Assembly: GCA_949432885.1 (NCBI GenBank) | Contig: CASQXY010000002.1 | Coordinates: forward strand, 98,252 to 162,251 | DNA: 64,000 nucleotides | Origin: an uncultured bacterium | Lineage (GTDB): Bacteria; Bacillota; Clostridia; Christensenellales; CAG-917 | Direction of reading: 5' to 3' | Part shown: one piece after another, positions 54,079 to 64,000 of the stretch | Position numbering within the stretch: position 1 is the stretch's first letter | Layout of the letters: every line of letters begins with the position of its first letter | Notes under the pieces: model-generated | Told to the model about the DNA's origin: nothing | Database searches by the model: none | The model's input: the letters and a program-made list of their open reading frames with translations, nothing else | Made by a program: the position numbers and the translations under genes

Positions 54079-54495
54079 ATGACGAACGCGTTTGCATATA
54101 TAAGCGAAAAGGCGCTCAAAGCTCATTCGGACGACCCTGAAACCGCGCTTATTCTCAAAGATATCGAGAATGCCAGACAGGGCGTTATGACCTTTTCTAA
54201 GGAGGTCAAAAAATATATGCTGCAGTTCATACACCAAAGATACGACGGCAATGAGGAGGTCTCCGCGCTTATCGACGTGCTCAGACAGTGGAGCAGGTAT
54301 CAGTCTTTTAACAATCTGGAAATATTCCAGATGCAGGACGAATGCTATTTTTGGTACGATTTCCTTCACGCATACGGCGTATGGAAACTGATAGGCGAGA
54401 AGTACGGCTTTGCGGACGAGGAGGACGCGTTGCGTATTTTGGTACGCCTCGTCAAGCTTGACGAGAGCGTTTTTAAGGAATTCCCCGAGATTTAG
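54079..54495 (+). CDS. hypothetical protein (possibly leaderless mRNA)
   Basis: 138-aa ORF. TTGATT (54043-54048), 17-nt spacer, TACAAT (54066-54071). The -10 ends 7 nt before the ATG and there is no SD sequence. Confidence 0.6.
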   Translation: MTNAFAYISEKALKAHSDDPETALILKDIENARQGVMTFSKEVKKYMLQFIHQRYDGNEEVSALIDVLRQWSRYQSFNNLEIFQMQDECYFWYDFLHAYGVWKLIGEKYGFADEEDALRILVRLVKLDESVFKEFPEI

Positions 54496-54511
54496 GAGGA
54501 TTTGCCAAGAT

Positions 54512-55252
54512 ATGTCAAAGCATTTGCACGACGGACACAGACAGAGAATGAGAGAGCGAATCAAAAACGGCGATTTTAAAAACTTCCAGCCGCATGAGAT
54601 TTTGGAATACCTCTTGTTCAGTTTTATTCCGCGAAAAGATACAAATGCAATCGCTCACGAGCTGATAAACAAATTCGGCTCTTTCAACGCGGTTCTCAAC
54701 TCGGACTATACGCGCTTGCGCGACGTCGTGGGTATGACGGAGAATGCGGCGTTGTTTTTGTCCTCGCTGCCCGTAGTCTTCCGCAGATATTTGGTCAGTC
54801 TGAAAGACCCGAAGACGGGACTTTCGGGAAGAGGGGTTGTCAAGGAGTATATGTGCGGGCTTTGCATGGGACTTCCCGAGGAGCACGCTTTTGCGGTCGG
54901 GCTTGACGTTCACGACAACGTGATTGCCATGTATGAAAATACCAGCGGTCTCGGCGATTCGGTCGAGATGCGCGTGAGAGATGTGGTCAATTTCGCAATA
55001 TCTCATCATGCGGTCAGCATTATCGTCGCGCACAATCATCCGAGCGGAGTCATATATCCGTCTTTCAACGACGTAGCGTTTACAAAGGATTTGCATTATG
55101 CGCTGGCGTTGGTACAGGTTAATCTTCTCGACCATTTTATTTTCTGCAACGAGGACAGTTATTCCTTTGAAGCTTCGGGAATAATGAAGGAAATCTCCGA
55201 AAGAACAAAAAAACTTAACGAAGGAGTCTGGAAATATGAACAGGACAGTTAG
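54512..55252 (+). CDS. radC: RadC-family JAB-domain protein
   Basis: Real start is the ATG at 54512, after AGGAGGA, within ORF 54410..55252. GHRQRMRER, ELLEILL-like EILEYLLFSF, JAMM motif HNHPSG. Confidence 0.88.
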   Translation: MSKHLHDGHRQRMRERIKNGDFKNFQPHEILEYLLFSFIPRKDTNAIAHELINKFGSFNAVLNSDYTRLRDVVGMTENAALFLSSLPVVFRRYLVSLKDPKTGLSGRGVVKEYMCGLCMGLPEEHAFAVGLDVHDNVIAMYENTSGLGDSVEMRVRDVVNFAISHHAVSIIVAHNHPSGVIYPSFNDVAFTKDLHYALALVQVNLLDHFIFCNEDSYSFEASGIMKEISERTKKLNEGVWKYEQDS

Positions 55253-56684
55253 AACCAGATTTGCCCCGTCGCCGACGGGGTTTATGCATATAGGAAATTT
55301 GCGTACGGGACTGTACGCATACCTGTTTGCGCGTAAAAACAAGGGCGTATTTATTCTGCGCATCGAAGATACCGATAGGGAAAGGAAAGTCGACGGCGCG
55401 GTGGAAATGGTGTATCGCACGCTTAAAATCGCGGGTATCGACCACGACGAAGGTCCCGACAAGGACGGCGGATACGGTCCGTACGTGCAGACCGAGAGAA
55501 TGGGTATTTACAAGCAGTACGCCGAAAAGCTCGTGGAGCTGGGCGGAGCGTATTACTGCTTCTGCGATAAGGAGAGGCTGGAAAGCCTCAAAGACGGGAA
55601 CGGGGTGCATACCTACGACAAGCACTGCCGAAATCTGGACTCGGCCGAGGTTAGGCGCAGGCTGGAAGCGGGCGAACCGTACGTGATAAGACAGAAGGTG
55701 CCCGAGGGAACCGTTTCCGAATACGAGGACTTGGTCTTCGGCAGAATCAGCGTGGAGTCCTCGGATATCGAGGACGGCATTTTGCTCAAATCCGACGGGC
55801 TTCCCACATACAATTTCGCAAACGTGGTCGACGACCATCTTATGGGAATCACGCACGTTATACGCGGTACGGAGTATCTCAGCTCTACGCCTAAGTACAA
55901 CATGATATACGACGCGTTCGGCTGGGAGAGGCCGACATATATGCATCTGCCTCCCATAATGAAGGACGCTACGCGCAAGCTCAGCAAAAGATTCGGCGAC
56001 GCCAATTTTGAAGATTTTATCGCAAAGGGCTATCTGCCTGAGGCAATCGTAAACTATATAGCACTGCTCGGCTGGTGTCCGAAGGATAACCGCGAAAAAA
56101 TGACTATGGAGGAGATGACGGAGGCATTCGACGTGGACGGCATTTCGCACAGCAGCTCCATTTTCGACGAAACTAAAATGCGTTGGCTTAACGGCGAGTA
56201 TCTCAAAGCCATGTCCAAAGAGGAGTTTTATAATGCCGCGCTGCCTTGGATTGAAAAGGCGGTTGACGGCAAGAATTATGACAGGGCGGAGCTTGCCTCG
56301 CTTATGCAGACGAGAGTCGATATCCTCGGCGAAATTCCCGAGAAGCTCGCGTTTCTGAACGGTTACGGCGAATACGACCTGAGTATGTACGAGCATCGGA
56401 AGATGAAAGTGGATAAGTCCGTTGCGCTCGCTGCGGTCAGGCTCGCGGAGGAGGCGCTGTCTTCGCTTGAAGATTGGTCGGAGGACTCCATAAAGGAATG
56501 CGTCGTGCAGGGCGCGGAAAGAGGCGGAATGAAGAGCGGTCAAGTGATGTTCAGCATGCGCGTGGCGCTCACCGGCGAACCCGTTACTCCCGGCGGCGCT
56601 ATTGAGATGGCGGTCGTTCTCGGAAAAGAAGAAAGCCTCGCAAGGCTGGCATTTTCCGCACAGCTTCTCGAAAGGAATTTATAA
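55236..56684 (+). CDS. gltX: glutamyl-tRNA synthetase
   Basis: 482 aa. RTRFAPSPTGFMHIGNLR (HIGH), KLSKR (KMSKS). Overlaps the radC end by 17 nt. Confidence 0.94.
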   Translation: MNRTVRTRFAPSPTGFMHIGNLRTGLYAYLFARKNKGVFILRIEDTDRERKVDGAVEMVYRTLKIAGIDHDEGPDKDGGYGPYVQTERMGIYKQYAEKLVELGGAYYCFCDKERLESLKDGNGVHTYDKHCRNLDSAEVRRRLEAGEPYVIRQKVPEGTVSEYEDLVFGRISVESSDIEDGILLKSDGLPTYNFANVVDDHLMGITHVIRGTEYLSSTPKYNMIYDAFGWERPTYMHLPPIMKDATRKLSKRFGDANFEDFIAKGYLPEAIVNYIALLGWCPKDNREKMTMEEMTEAFDVDGISHSSSIFDETKMRWLNGEYLKAMSKEEFYNAALPWIEKAVDGKNYDRAELASLMQTRVDILGEIPEKLAFLNGYGEYDLSMYEHRKMKVDKSVALAAVRLAEEALSSLEDWSEDSIKECVVQGAERGGMKSGQVMFSMRVALTGEPVTPGGAIEMAVVLGKEESLARLAFSAQLLERNL

Positions 56685-58588
56685 TGAGTTTACGCGCGAG
56701 AAAGACGCTTTTTGTATACATTTCAATACTGCTTTGCATAGCGGTATTTTCCGCGTGCGCGTCTGCTTCGGGATATGCGCTCGCCGCCGATTACGGCGGA
56801 AATGACTCGTCCCGACTTTGGTACTATCAGAGCGGCGCTCTCGACGTGAACAATGCGAGGAGTGTCGTCGACAGTTGGGATAAGAACAGGCTGTCTCCCG
56901 TTATAATCGCCGTTGCGGATACGGGAATAGACGTATCGCACGAGCTTTTCGGCGGCTTGCTGTATACGGAAAACGGGGAGCCGGTCGGATTCAATTCCCG
57001 TACGAATAAAAGGATAACCGCCGCCGAGCTTGCGGACAACGCGGTCAATGCGGACGGCAAGGTGGAAAAACACGGCAATTCCGTGGCGGGCGTTATCGCA
57101 ATGCTTATAAAGGAGCTCGGGCTTCAAGACTATATCAAGATATATCCCATAAAGGCGAACAGTCTTTCGAGGGACGGCAAGTCGGAGGTCAGCTCGTTTT
57201 CCATATCTTCGATTGTAAAGGCTATAAACAAGGCGAATGAAATTGGCGCGTGCGCAATCAATCTTTCGCTCGGCATTTATGCGTCCAAAATGTCTTCCGA
57301 CGCCGATTGGTCGAAGGACAGGCAGTTGGATTACGCGATAGATAACGCGCGCGAAAAAATGCTCATTGTAGCCGCGGCGGGCAACGACGAAAACGGCGGA
57401 CACGATTCCGCAATAGCGGGCGACAGGTTTTATCCCGCGGCGCGAGAGGGCGTGTTTTCAGTGATGAATTATACCGAGGACGGCACTATTCACGCCAATT
57501 CAAATTTCGGAGACGCTTACGATATAGCGGCGCCCGGCACGGATATATACACGGCAAAGTTTTCCGCGTCCTCATATCAGACGCTGAGCGGTACTTCATT
57601 GGCGACGCCCTTTGCGAGCGTGGCGGCGGCTCTTTTGCAATTACGTTATATGGCGGAGGGCAAGACTGTCCCGAGCGGAGACGGCGTAGCGCGCATGCTC
57701 AAAAATCTCGACTCCGCAAAAACACAGAAGGGCGGCTATTCGATTCGGCTTTTGGATTTGGGCGCGGTGCTCACGCAGGATTTTGAAAATACCGAATACG
57801 ATTACGTTCCGCCTACTTCAATCAAGATTACTCACAACGGCGTGCTCGGCACGGCGGAGTACGAGGACGCCGTTTATATGCAGGCGACCAGGGTACAGCC
57901 TCTGACGTTTATCGCAAGGCTGAATCCGTACGGGGAAACTTCGCCCGACCTTTACGACAGCATTCAATGGATTCTGGAAAGCGGCGACGGCGACAGCTCA
58001 GTCGAGACGGTTTTGGGCACGGGAGCGAAATTCGTATATACGGCCGAGATATACGGGGACACTGCTATAACAGCCCGTTTGGTTTACGGGGATACGGTGA
58101 TAGAGGAGAGTCAGGCGATTCATATAGAGTACGCGCCCTATCTTGCAGGCGAGGTGCGCGTGACTTATGAGCAGAACATGTTCGACGACGTGTCGCAAGC
58201 GCCGCGCGGCGGCGTGCTTTACACCCACGCGACGACGGTTTTTGCGCTTACGGGCTTGAAATATGCAGACAGGACGGTGCCTATAAAATGGTTTGTCAAC
58301 GGCGAGCTTGCAGGCGAGGGCTTCACTTTCGCTTTCAAACCGACGAGGACGGGATACTATAAGATTTCCGCGCAGTACGGCGACAATCCCGTGCTGGATA
58401 CCACGTACGTCTTCGACGCGAACGTCAAGCCGTTTGTCGCAAGACCCCTCGACCTCTCTATGCTGATTATCGGGCTTTGCATACTGATTGCGGCGGGAGC
58501 ATTGGCGGCGGTTCTTGCGCAGAGGCATAAAAAAATCAAGGAAGAGAATAAGTCCGAAGCTGCGGAGGCGGACGACGCGCAAGGTTGA
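56684..58588 (+). CDS. S8-family subtilisin-like serine peptidase, membrane-anchored
   Basis: 634 aa. Signal/lipobox AVFSAC. Triad blocks AVADTGID, HGNSVAGV, SGTSLATP. C-terminal TM helix plus a charged tail. Confidence 0.88.
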   Translation: MSLRARKTLFVYISILLCIAVFSACASASGYALAADYGGNDSSRLWYYQSGALDVNNARSVVDSWDKNRLSPVIIAVADTGIDVSHELFGGLLYTENGEPVGFNSRTNKRITAAELADNAVNADGKVEKHGNSVAGVIAMLIKELGLQDYIKIYPIKANSLSRDGKSEVSSFSISSIVKAINKANEIGACAINLSLGIYASKMSSDADWSKDRQLDYAIDNAREKMLIVAAAGNDENGGHDSAIAGDRFYPAAREGVFSVMNYTEDGTIHANSNFGDAYDIAAPGTDIYTAKFSASSYQTLSGTSLATPFASVAAALLQLRYMAEGKTVPSGDGVARMLKNLDSAKTQKGGYSIRLLDLGAVLTQDFENTEYDYVPPTSIKITHNGVLGTAEYEDAVYMQATRVQPLTFIARLNPYGETSPDLYDSIQWILESGDGDSSVETVLGTGAKFVYTAEIYGDTAITARLVYGDTVIEESQAIHIEYAPYLAGEVRVTYEQNMFDDVSQAPRGGVLYTHATTVFALTGLKYADRTVPIKWFVNGELAGEGFTFAFKPTRTGYYKISAQYGDNPVLDTTYVFDANVKPFVARPLDLSMLIIGLCILIAAGALAAVLAQRHKKIKEENKSEAAEADDAQG

Positions 58589-58790
58589 CAGAAAATACAA
58601 AAAGCGGATATTTGCGTAAAAAATTAAATTTGTTTTTTCAAACGTTCGACAAGTCTCGGATTGTGTGCTAATATAGCCGTAGCAAAGAAATAAGGTCGGT
58701 CTGCGCCGACAGGAATTTCGAGGATAATAGGTGTTTGTCAAACGGTTCTTGTCGGAAGCGACGGGGACTTTTTTCTTGTAAGGAGACGCC

Positions 58791-60005
58791 ATGACGAAAA
58801 TAAAGGATATGAAGCGACTCAAAAGCCTTGTTCCGAGGGAGCTGTCGGGCGTCGAGTATTTCTCTTCTACCGATATTTCCCGTTTCGATTGTTCGGACTT
58901 CGTATTAATTCCCGGTTTCTGCGACGTGCATGTGCATTTCAGAGAACCGGGTTTTTCATATAAAGAGACGATAAAAAGCGGAAGCCTTGCCGCCGCGCGC
59001 GGCGGCTATACGCAGGTCTGCACTATGCCGAATCTCAATCCCGTGCCCGATACGCCCGACAATTTGCGCGTACAGCTTGATATAATTGAAAAGGACGCTG
59101 TCATTGGCGTTCTGCCGTACGGAGCGATAACAAAGGGCGAAAATGGAGAGGCGCTCTCGGATATGGAAGCTATGAGCGGCAGCGTAGTGGCTTTTTCGGA
59201 CGACGGGCGCGGAGTGCAGTGCGAGGATATGATGAGAGCGGCTATGATAAAAGCCGCGGGCCTTAACAAAATCATAGCGGCGCACTGCGAGGCGAACGAG
59301 CTTTTGAGGGGCGGATATATTCACGACGGCGTTTACTGCGCCGAGCATAATCACCGCGGGATTTGCTCCGCGAGCGAGTACGTGCAGATAGAGCGCGATA
59401 TAAGGCTAGCCAAAGAGACGGGTTGTGCTTATCACGTCTGCCATATCTCGGCAAAGGAGAGTGTGGACATAATCCGCAGAGCCAAAGCGGAGGGCGTAAA
59501 CGTGACCTGCGAGACTGCGCCGCACTATCTGGTGCTCGACGAAAACGATTTGCGCGAAGACGGCAGATTTAAGATGAATCCGCCTCTACGTTCACGCGAA
59601 GACAGGCTTGCGCTTATAGCGGGAGTGGAGGACGGCACGATTGATATGATTGCCACCGACCACGCGCCGCATTCCGCAGAGGAAAAGGCGAGAGGTCTTG
59701 AAAAGAGCCCTTTCGGCATTACGGGACTCGAAGTCGCGTTCCCCTTGATGTATACGGAGCTTGTAAAAACGGGAATCATCCCGTTAGAACGCTTGATTGA
59801 GTTGCTTGTAATAAATCCGCGCAGGAGATTCGGCATTCCGTTTTGCAGCGATTTTTCCATATGGAATTTGTCCTGTGAGTACAAAATCAATCCCGACGAA
59901 TTTATATCCAAGGGCAAAAGCACTCCGTTTGCGGGCAGGAGCGTATTCGGAAGAAATATGCTCACGGTGCGCGAGGGAAAAGTGGTTTACAGCTATAAAC
60001 AATAA
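58791..60005 (+). CDS. pyrC: dihydroorotase
   Basis: 404 aa. DVHVHFREPG, metal ligands HCE / HVCHIS, ATDHAPH. AAGGAG RBS. Confidence 0.92.
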   Translation: MTKIKDMKRLKSLVPRELSGVEYFSSTDISRFDCSDFVLIPGFCDVHVHFREPGFSYKETIKSGSLAAARGGYTQVCTMPNLNPVPDTPDNLRVQLDIIEKDAVIGVLPYGAITKGENGEALSDMEAMSGSVVAFSDDGRGVQCEDMMRAAMIKAAGLNKIIAAHCEANELLRGGYIHDGVYCAEHNHRGICSASEYVQIERDIRLAKETGCAYHVCHISAKESVDIIRRAKAEGVNVTCETAPHYLVLDENDLREDGRFKMNPPLRSREDRLALIAGVEDGTIDMIATDHAPHSAEEKARGLEKSPFGITGLEVAFPLMYTELVKTGIIPLERLIELLVINPRRRFGIPFCSDFSIWNLSCEYKINPDEFISKGKSTPFAGRSVFGRNMLTVREGKVVYSYKQ

Positions 60006-60035
60006 TTTACAATATAGAATAAGGAGAGCTCACAA

Positions 60036-63000
60036 ATGGCAAAGAGAACAGACATTAAGAAAATTCTTATCATAGGTTCGGGTCCTATCGTGATAGGACA
60101 GGCTGCCGAATTTGACTATGCGGGTACGCAGGCGTGTCTTGCCTTGAAGGAAGAGGGATACGAAGTCATACTTGTCAATTCCAATCCCGCTACGATAATG
60201 ACGGATACGGCGATTGCGGATAAAGTGTATATGGAGCCGCTTACTCTCGAATATGTAGCCAAAATACTGCGCTACGAGCGTCCGGACGCTATCGTCCCCG
60301 GAATCGGCGGACAGACGGGACTCAATCTCGCTATGCAGCTTGAAAAGAAAGGCATACTCAAAGAGTGCGAGGTGGAGCTGCTCGGCACACCCTCTTCTTC
60401 TATCGAGCGCGCGGAGGACAGAGAGCTGTTCAAGGAAATGTGCCAGTTAATAGGCGAGCCTGTGATTCCCTCGGAAATCACGTACGGCATAGAAGAGGCG
60501 AAGAAGGCGGCGAAGGAAATCGGATATCCCGTAGTTTTGCGTCCCGCGTTTACACTGGGCGGCACGGGCGGCGGCTTTGCCAACAACGAAGAGGAGCTTA
60601 TCGAAATAGGCGCGAACGCTTTTAAACTCTCTCCCGTGCATCAGGTGCTCGTCGAAAAGAGCGTAAAGGGATATAAGGAGATAGAATTTGAGGTCATGCG
60701 CGATTCCAACGACCATGCGATTACGATATGCGGCATGGAAAACGTAGACCCCGTCGGCGTACATACGGGGGATTCCGTCGTTGTCGCGCCTATTATGTCG
60801 CTCAACGAACACGACCTCAAAATGCTTAACGACAGCGCGATAAAAATTATCCGAGAGCTGAAAATAGAGGGCGGCTGCAACGTGCAATTTGCGCTCAATC
60901 CCGTAAGCAGCGAATACTACCTTATAGAGGTCAATCCCAGAGTATCGCGCTCTTCCGCACTCGCCTCCAAGGCGAGCGGCTATCCTATCGCGCGAGTAAC
61001 GGCGAAGATAGCGGTGGGTATGGCGCTCGAAGATATTCCCGTCGCGGGAGGCACTGCGGCAATAGAACCCAGACTCGATTACGTGGTCGCAAAGTTCCCG
61101 AGATTCCCGTTTGATAAATTTACCACCGCAAAAAACACGCTCGGCACGCAGATGAAGGCGACGGGAGAGGTTATGGGCATCGGCTCTTCTCTCGAAGAAT
61201 GCTTCCTGAAATCAGTGCGCTCATTGGAGACGGGCGTTACGCATTTCTATATGAAGAAATTCGCGGATATGACGACGGAGGAGATTTACGGTTATATCGA
61301 GGAGTTTAAGGACGATACGATTTTCGCGGTGACGGAGCTTTTGCGCCGCGGAGAAAGCATAGAAAAAGTTCACGAAGCGACGATGATAACGGAGCTGTTC
61401 CTAGAAGCGCTTGCGAGAATATGCGAAATGGAAAAAATCCTCAAAGCCTCTCCTAAGGACGCAAAGAGCCTGCGCGCCGCGAAGACGCTCGGTTTTTCGG
61501 ATAAATATATCGCGGGGCTGTGGGGCATCTGCGAGCAGGATGTTTACGACATGCGCAAAAAGCACGGCATTACGCCCGTGTTCAAGATGGTGGACACGTT
61601 GCATACGGGCAAGTATATAGCGTATCTCTATTCCTCTTATATCGGCGAGAATGCGTCGAGGCTTACTGATAAGAAAAAGATAGTCGTGCTCGGCGCGGGT
61701 CCGATACGCATAGGACAAGGAGTCGAGTTCGATTATTCCACGGTGCACGCGGTGCAGACGATACGCCGCGCGGGCTATGAGGCTATAATTATCAACAATA
61801 ACCCCGAGACCGTATCTACGGACTATACGACGGCGGACAAGCTATATTTCGAGCCGCTTACTCCCGAGGACGTTATGGCGATTATAGACTTCGAGAAGCC
61901 CGAGGGCGTTATAGGTTCACTCGGCGGACAGACAGCCATAAATCTCGCCGCGCCGCTTATGAAGCGCGGAGTGAAGATTATAGGCACCGACTGCGAGGCA
62001 ATAGACCGCGCCGAGAACAGAGACAGTTTTGAAAAGGTACTTCAAAAACTGGGAATACCTCAGCCGCAGGGCAAAGCCGTCACCAACATCGAGGACGGAG
62101 TGGACGCCGCACATGAGATAGGCTATCCCGTGCTCGTAAGACCCAGCTTTGTGCTCGGCGGCAGGGCAATGCAGATTGTAGCCAACGAAAACCAGTTGAG
62201 ACACTATCTGAAAACCGCAGTCGAAATCGACGAGGACAAGCCCGTGCTTGTTGACAAATATATTATCGGAAAGGAAGTCGAGGTGGACGCGATATGCGAC
62301 GGGCGCGACGTGTTCGTTGCGGGAATTATGGAGCTTGTAGAGCGCACTGGAGTGCATTCTGGCGACTCCATAAGCGTTTATCCGTCGTTCAGCATTTCGG
62401 ACAAAGTCAAGGGCATAATTCTGCAATACGCCAAAAAGCTGGGGATGGGAATAGGAATTGTGGGACTTTTCAATATCCAGTTTATAGTGGACGAAAACGA
62501 AAAGGTATTTATAATAGAAGTCAATCCGCGCTCGTCGAGGACGGTTCCCTTCCTCTCGAAAGCTACGGGATACAGCCTAGCGGATATTGCGACGGAAGTA
62601 ATTTTGGGAAAGAGCCTCAAAGAGCAGGGAATATTCGATATATATCCTACGGAGAAGAGCAGATGGTATGTCAAGGTGCCGGTATTCTCTTTCAACAAAA
62701 TTCGCGGTCTCGACGCGTATCTCTCGCCCGAGATGAAATCCACAGGCGAGGCGATAGGCTACGACGATAAGCTCAACCGCGCTCTTTACAAGGCGTTGCA
62801 GGCTTCGGGCATGAAGTTGCAGAATTACGGCACGGTGTTTGCAACTATTTCGGACAAGGACAAGGAAGAGGCTCTGCCGCTTATCCGCAGGTTTTATGAC
62901 CTCGGCTTCAATATACAGGCGACGCAGGGCACGGCAAAGTTTTTGATAGCCAACGGCATACGCACGCACGTGCTCAAAAAGATAAGCGACGGAAGCGAGG

Positions 63001-63209
63001 ATATTCAAGAGGCTATCAGACAGGGACATATAGCGTACGTCATCAATACGCAGGACGTGCAGTCCACGGGGCAGATGAAGGACGGTTATATGATAAGAAA
63101 ATGCGCCATTGAAAACAACGTTACGCTGTTTTCTTCTCTCGATACGGTGAGGGTGCTTCTCGACGTGTTGGACGAGACCACGCTCCGCATATCCACTATT
63201 GACGCATAA
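60036..63209 (+). CDS. carB: carbamoyl-phosphate synthase large subunit
   Basis: 1057 aa. Duplicated ATP-grasp halves (ILIIGSGPIVIGQAAEFDYAGTQA / IVVLGAGPIRIGQGVEFDYSTVHA). C-terminal MGS-like domain. Confidence 0.96.
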   Translation: MAKRTDIKKILIIGSGPIVIGQAAEFDYAGTQACLALKEEGYEVILVNSNPATIMTDTAIADKVYMEPLTLEYVAKILRYERPDAIVPGIGGQTGLNLAMQLEKKGILKECEVELLGTPSSSIERAEDRELFKEMCQLIGEPVIPSEITYGIEEAKKAAKEIGYPVVLRPAFTLGGTGGGFANNEEELIEIGANAFKLSPVHQVLVEKSVKGYKEIEFEVMRDSNDHAITICGMENVDPVGVHTGDSVVVAPIMSLNEHDLKMLNDSAIKIIRELKIEGGCNVQFALNPVSSEYYLIEVNPRVSRSSALASKASGYPIARVTAKIAVGMALEDIPVAGGTAAIEPRLDYVVAKFPRFPFDKFTTAKNTLGTQMKATGEVMGIGSSLEECFLKSVRSLETGVTHFYMKKFADMTTEEIYGYIEEFKDDTIFAVTELLRRGESIEKVHEATMITELFLEALARICEMEKILKASPKDAKSLRAAKTLGFSDKYIAGLWGICEQDVYDMRKKHGITPVFKMVDTLHTGKYIAYLYSSYIGENASRLTDKKKIVVLGAGPIRIGQGVEFDYSTVHAVQTIRRAGYEAIIINNNPETVSTDYTTADKLYFEPLTPEDVMAIIDFEKPEGVIGSLGGQTAINLAAPLMKRGVKIIGTDCEAIDRAENRDSFEKVLQKLGIPQPQGKAVTNIEDGVDAAHEIGYPVLVRPSFVLGGRAMQIVANENQLRHYLKTAVEIDEDKPVLVDKYIIGKEVEVDAICDGRDVFVAGIMELVERTGVHSGDSISVYPSFSISDKVKGIILQYAKKLGMGIGIVGLFNIQFIVDENEKVFIIEVNPRSSRTVPFLSKATGYSLADIATEVILGKSLKEQGIFDIYPTEKSRWYVKVPVFSFNKIRGLDAYLSPEMKSTGEAIGYDDKLNRALYKALQASGMKLQNYGTVFATISDKDKEEALPLIRRFYDLGFNIQATQGTAKFLIANGIRTHVLKKISDGSEDIQEAIRQGHIAYVINTQDVQSTGQMKDGYMIRKCAIENNVTLFSSLDTVRVLLDVLDETTLRISTIDA

Positions 63210-63411
63210 TTTGTTGAATGCGCCGGATGTCCTTCCTCGTAAACGCGGTGCGCAAAATCGCAAACTTCGATAAAAAATTATTTGGGATAACAGATTGTTT
63301 AATCTTTGCGAAGTATGCGGGTTTTGCTCTGGGCGCAAACTCATAAGGTGCAAAAGAGGCAAATGAATTTCACTTTTGCGAGATACAATTTTATAATAAA
63401 CGAATAGGGAA

Positions 63412-64000
63412 ATGAAGCAAAGTATTTTTACGATTATAAACAACGCTCCGCTCACGCGCGATGTTTTCAGAATGACGCTCTTGGGCGATACGTCCGCGAT
63501 AACAGCGGCGGGGCAGTTTGTCAACGTCAAACTGGACGGGCTGTATCTGCGCCGTCCGATTTCCGTCTGCGACCAAAGCGGAGACGAACTCACACTGATA
63601 TATAAGGTTGTAGGCAAGGGTACGGAGCTTATGAGCGGTATGCGCGGGGGAGAGCTGGATTTGCTTACGGGACTGGGCAACGGTTACGACCTCTCAAAAT
63701 CGGGCGACCGTCCGCTCCTTATAGGCGGCGGAGTGGGAGTGCCTCCGCTTTACCTGCTTGCGAAAAGACTTATTGCCGAGGGCAAACGCGTGAGCGTAAT
63801 ACTCGGGTTCAACACGAAATCCGAGATGTTTTACGAGAATGAGTTCAGGGACTTGGGCGCGCGCGTTACGGTGACGACTGCGGACGGCTCGTACGGGGTC
63901 AAGGGCTTTGTTACAGCCGCTATGCCTGAGAATTATACCTACGTCTATACCTGCGGACCGCAGCCTATGCTTAAAGCCGTATACGACGTTTCGGCGACAA
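63412..64000 (+). CDS. pyrK: dihydroorotate dehydrogenase electron-transfer subunit (partial, runs off the window)
   Basis: Not in the ORF track because it is open-ended. From ATG 63412: MKQSIFTIINNAPLTRDVFRMTLLGDTSAITAAGQFVNVKLDGLYLRRPISVCD...LLIGGGVGVPPLYLLAK...YTCGPQPMLKAV. The FAD/NAD-binding PyrK pattern (RPIS, GGG.G..P) is present. Confidence 0.85.
   Translation, partial: MKQSIFTIINNAPLTRDVFRMTLLGDTSAITAAGQFVNVKLDGLYLRRPISVCDQSGDELTLIYKVVGKGTELMSGMRGGELDLLTGLGNGYDLSKSGDRPLLIGGGVGVPPLYLLAKRLIAEGKRVSVILGFNTKSEMFYENEFRDLGARVTVTTADGSYGVKGFVTAAMPENYTYVYTCGPQPMLKAVYDVSAT

Noticed and set aside
58600-58790. PyrR-type attenuator upstream of pyrC.
   Set aside because: A promoter-like TGcTAATAT and some alternative GTCGG/CCGAC pairings exist. 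I could not find the PyrR-binding loop consensus (..UCCAGAGAGG..) or a convincing terminator, so no call was made.

Overview
Chromosomal segment of a spore-forming Firmicute, probably Clostridia-like. Markers are spo0A, a cwlD-like amidase, type III glutamine synthetase, split transketolase and glgD. Spot counts give about 55% GC in core genes. About 50 genes are supported, mostly housekeeping. They include tmRNA, proS, gltX, purB-purA-guaA, split transketolase, birA-bioY with a perfect BirA operator, ispE, a glycogen cluster (glgB-glgC-glgD-glgA ... glgP), pgm, rubrerythrin, an OmpR/HK pair and pyrC-carB-pyrK. Four things stand out. (1) An AT-rich, roughly 5.4-kb insert splits the glycogen cluster between glgA and glgP. 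It carries a cytoplasmic zinc-ribbon/TIR/tandem-LRR protein, a decayed paralogue that lacks the TIR core, an ABC exporter and a relic of a second ABC gene. (2) A three-copy family of 210-310-nt intergenic elements has conserved sequence islands and compensatory stem changes. It is physically associated with a second, roughly 120-nt palindromic element that abuts stop codons. One long element is nested inside a palindromic element between glgD and glgA. (3) Two unusual regulatory arrays are present: a TTGCAA palindrome array upstream of glgB and a cluster of four DnaA boxes upstream of the cwlD-like gene. (4) A double zinc-ribbon protein with a polyacidic tail lies divergent from spo0A, and a tmRNA-adjacent XRE regulator sits next to an LRR lipoprotein. 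No CRISPR array, rRNA, tRNA, transposase or integrase was seen. All function calls come from reading motifs in the translations; no database search was possible.
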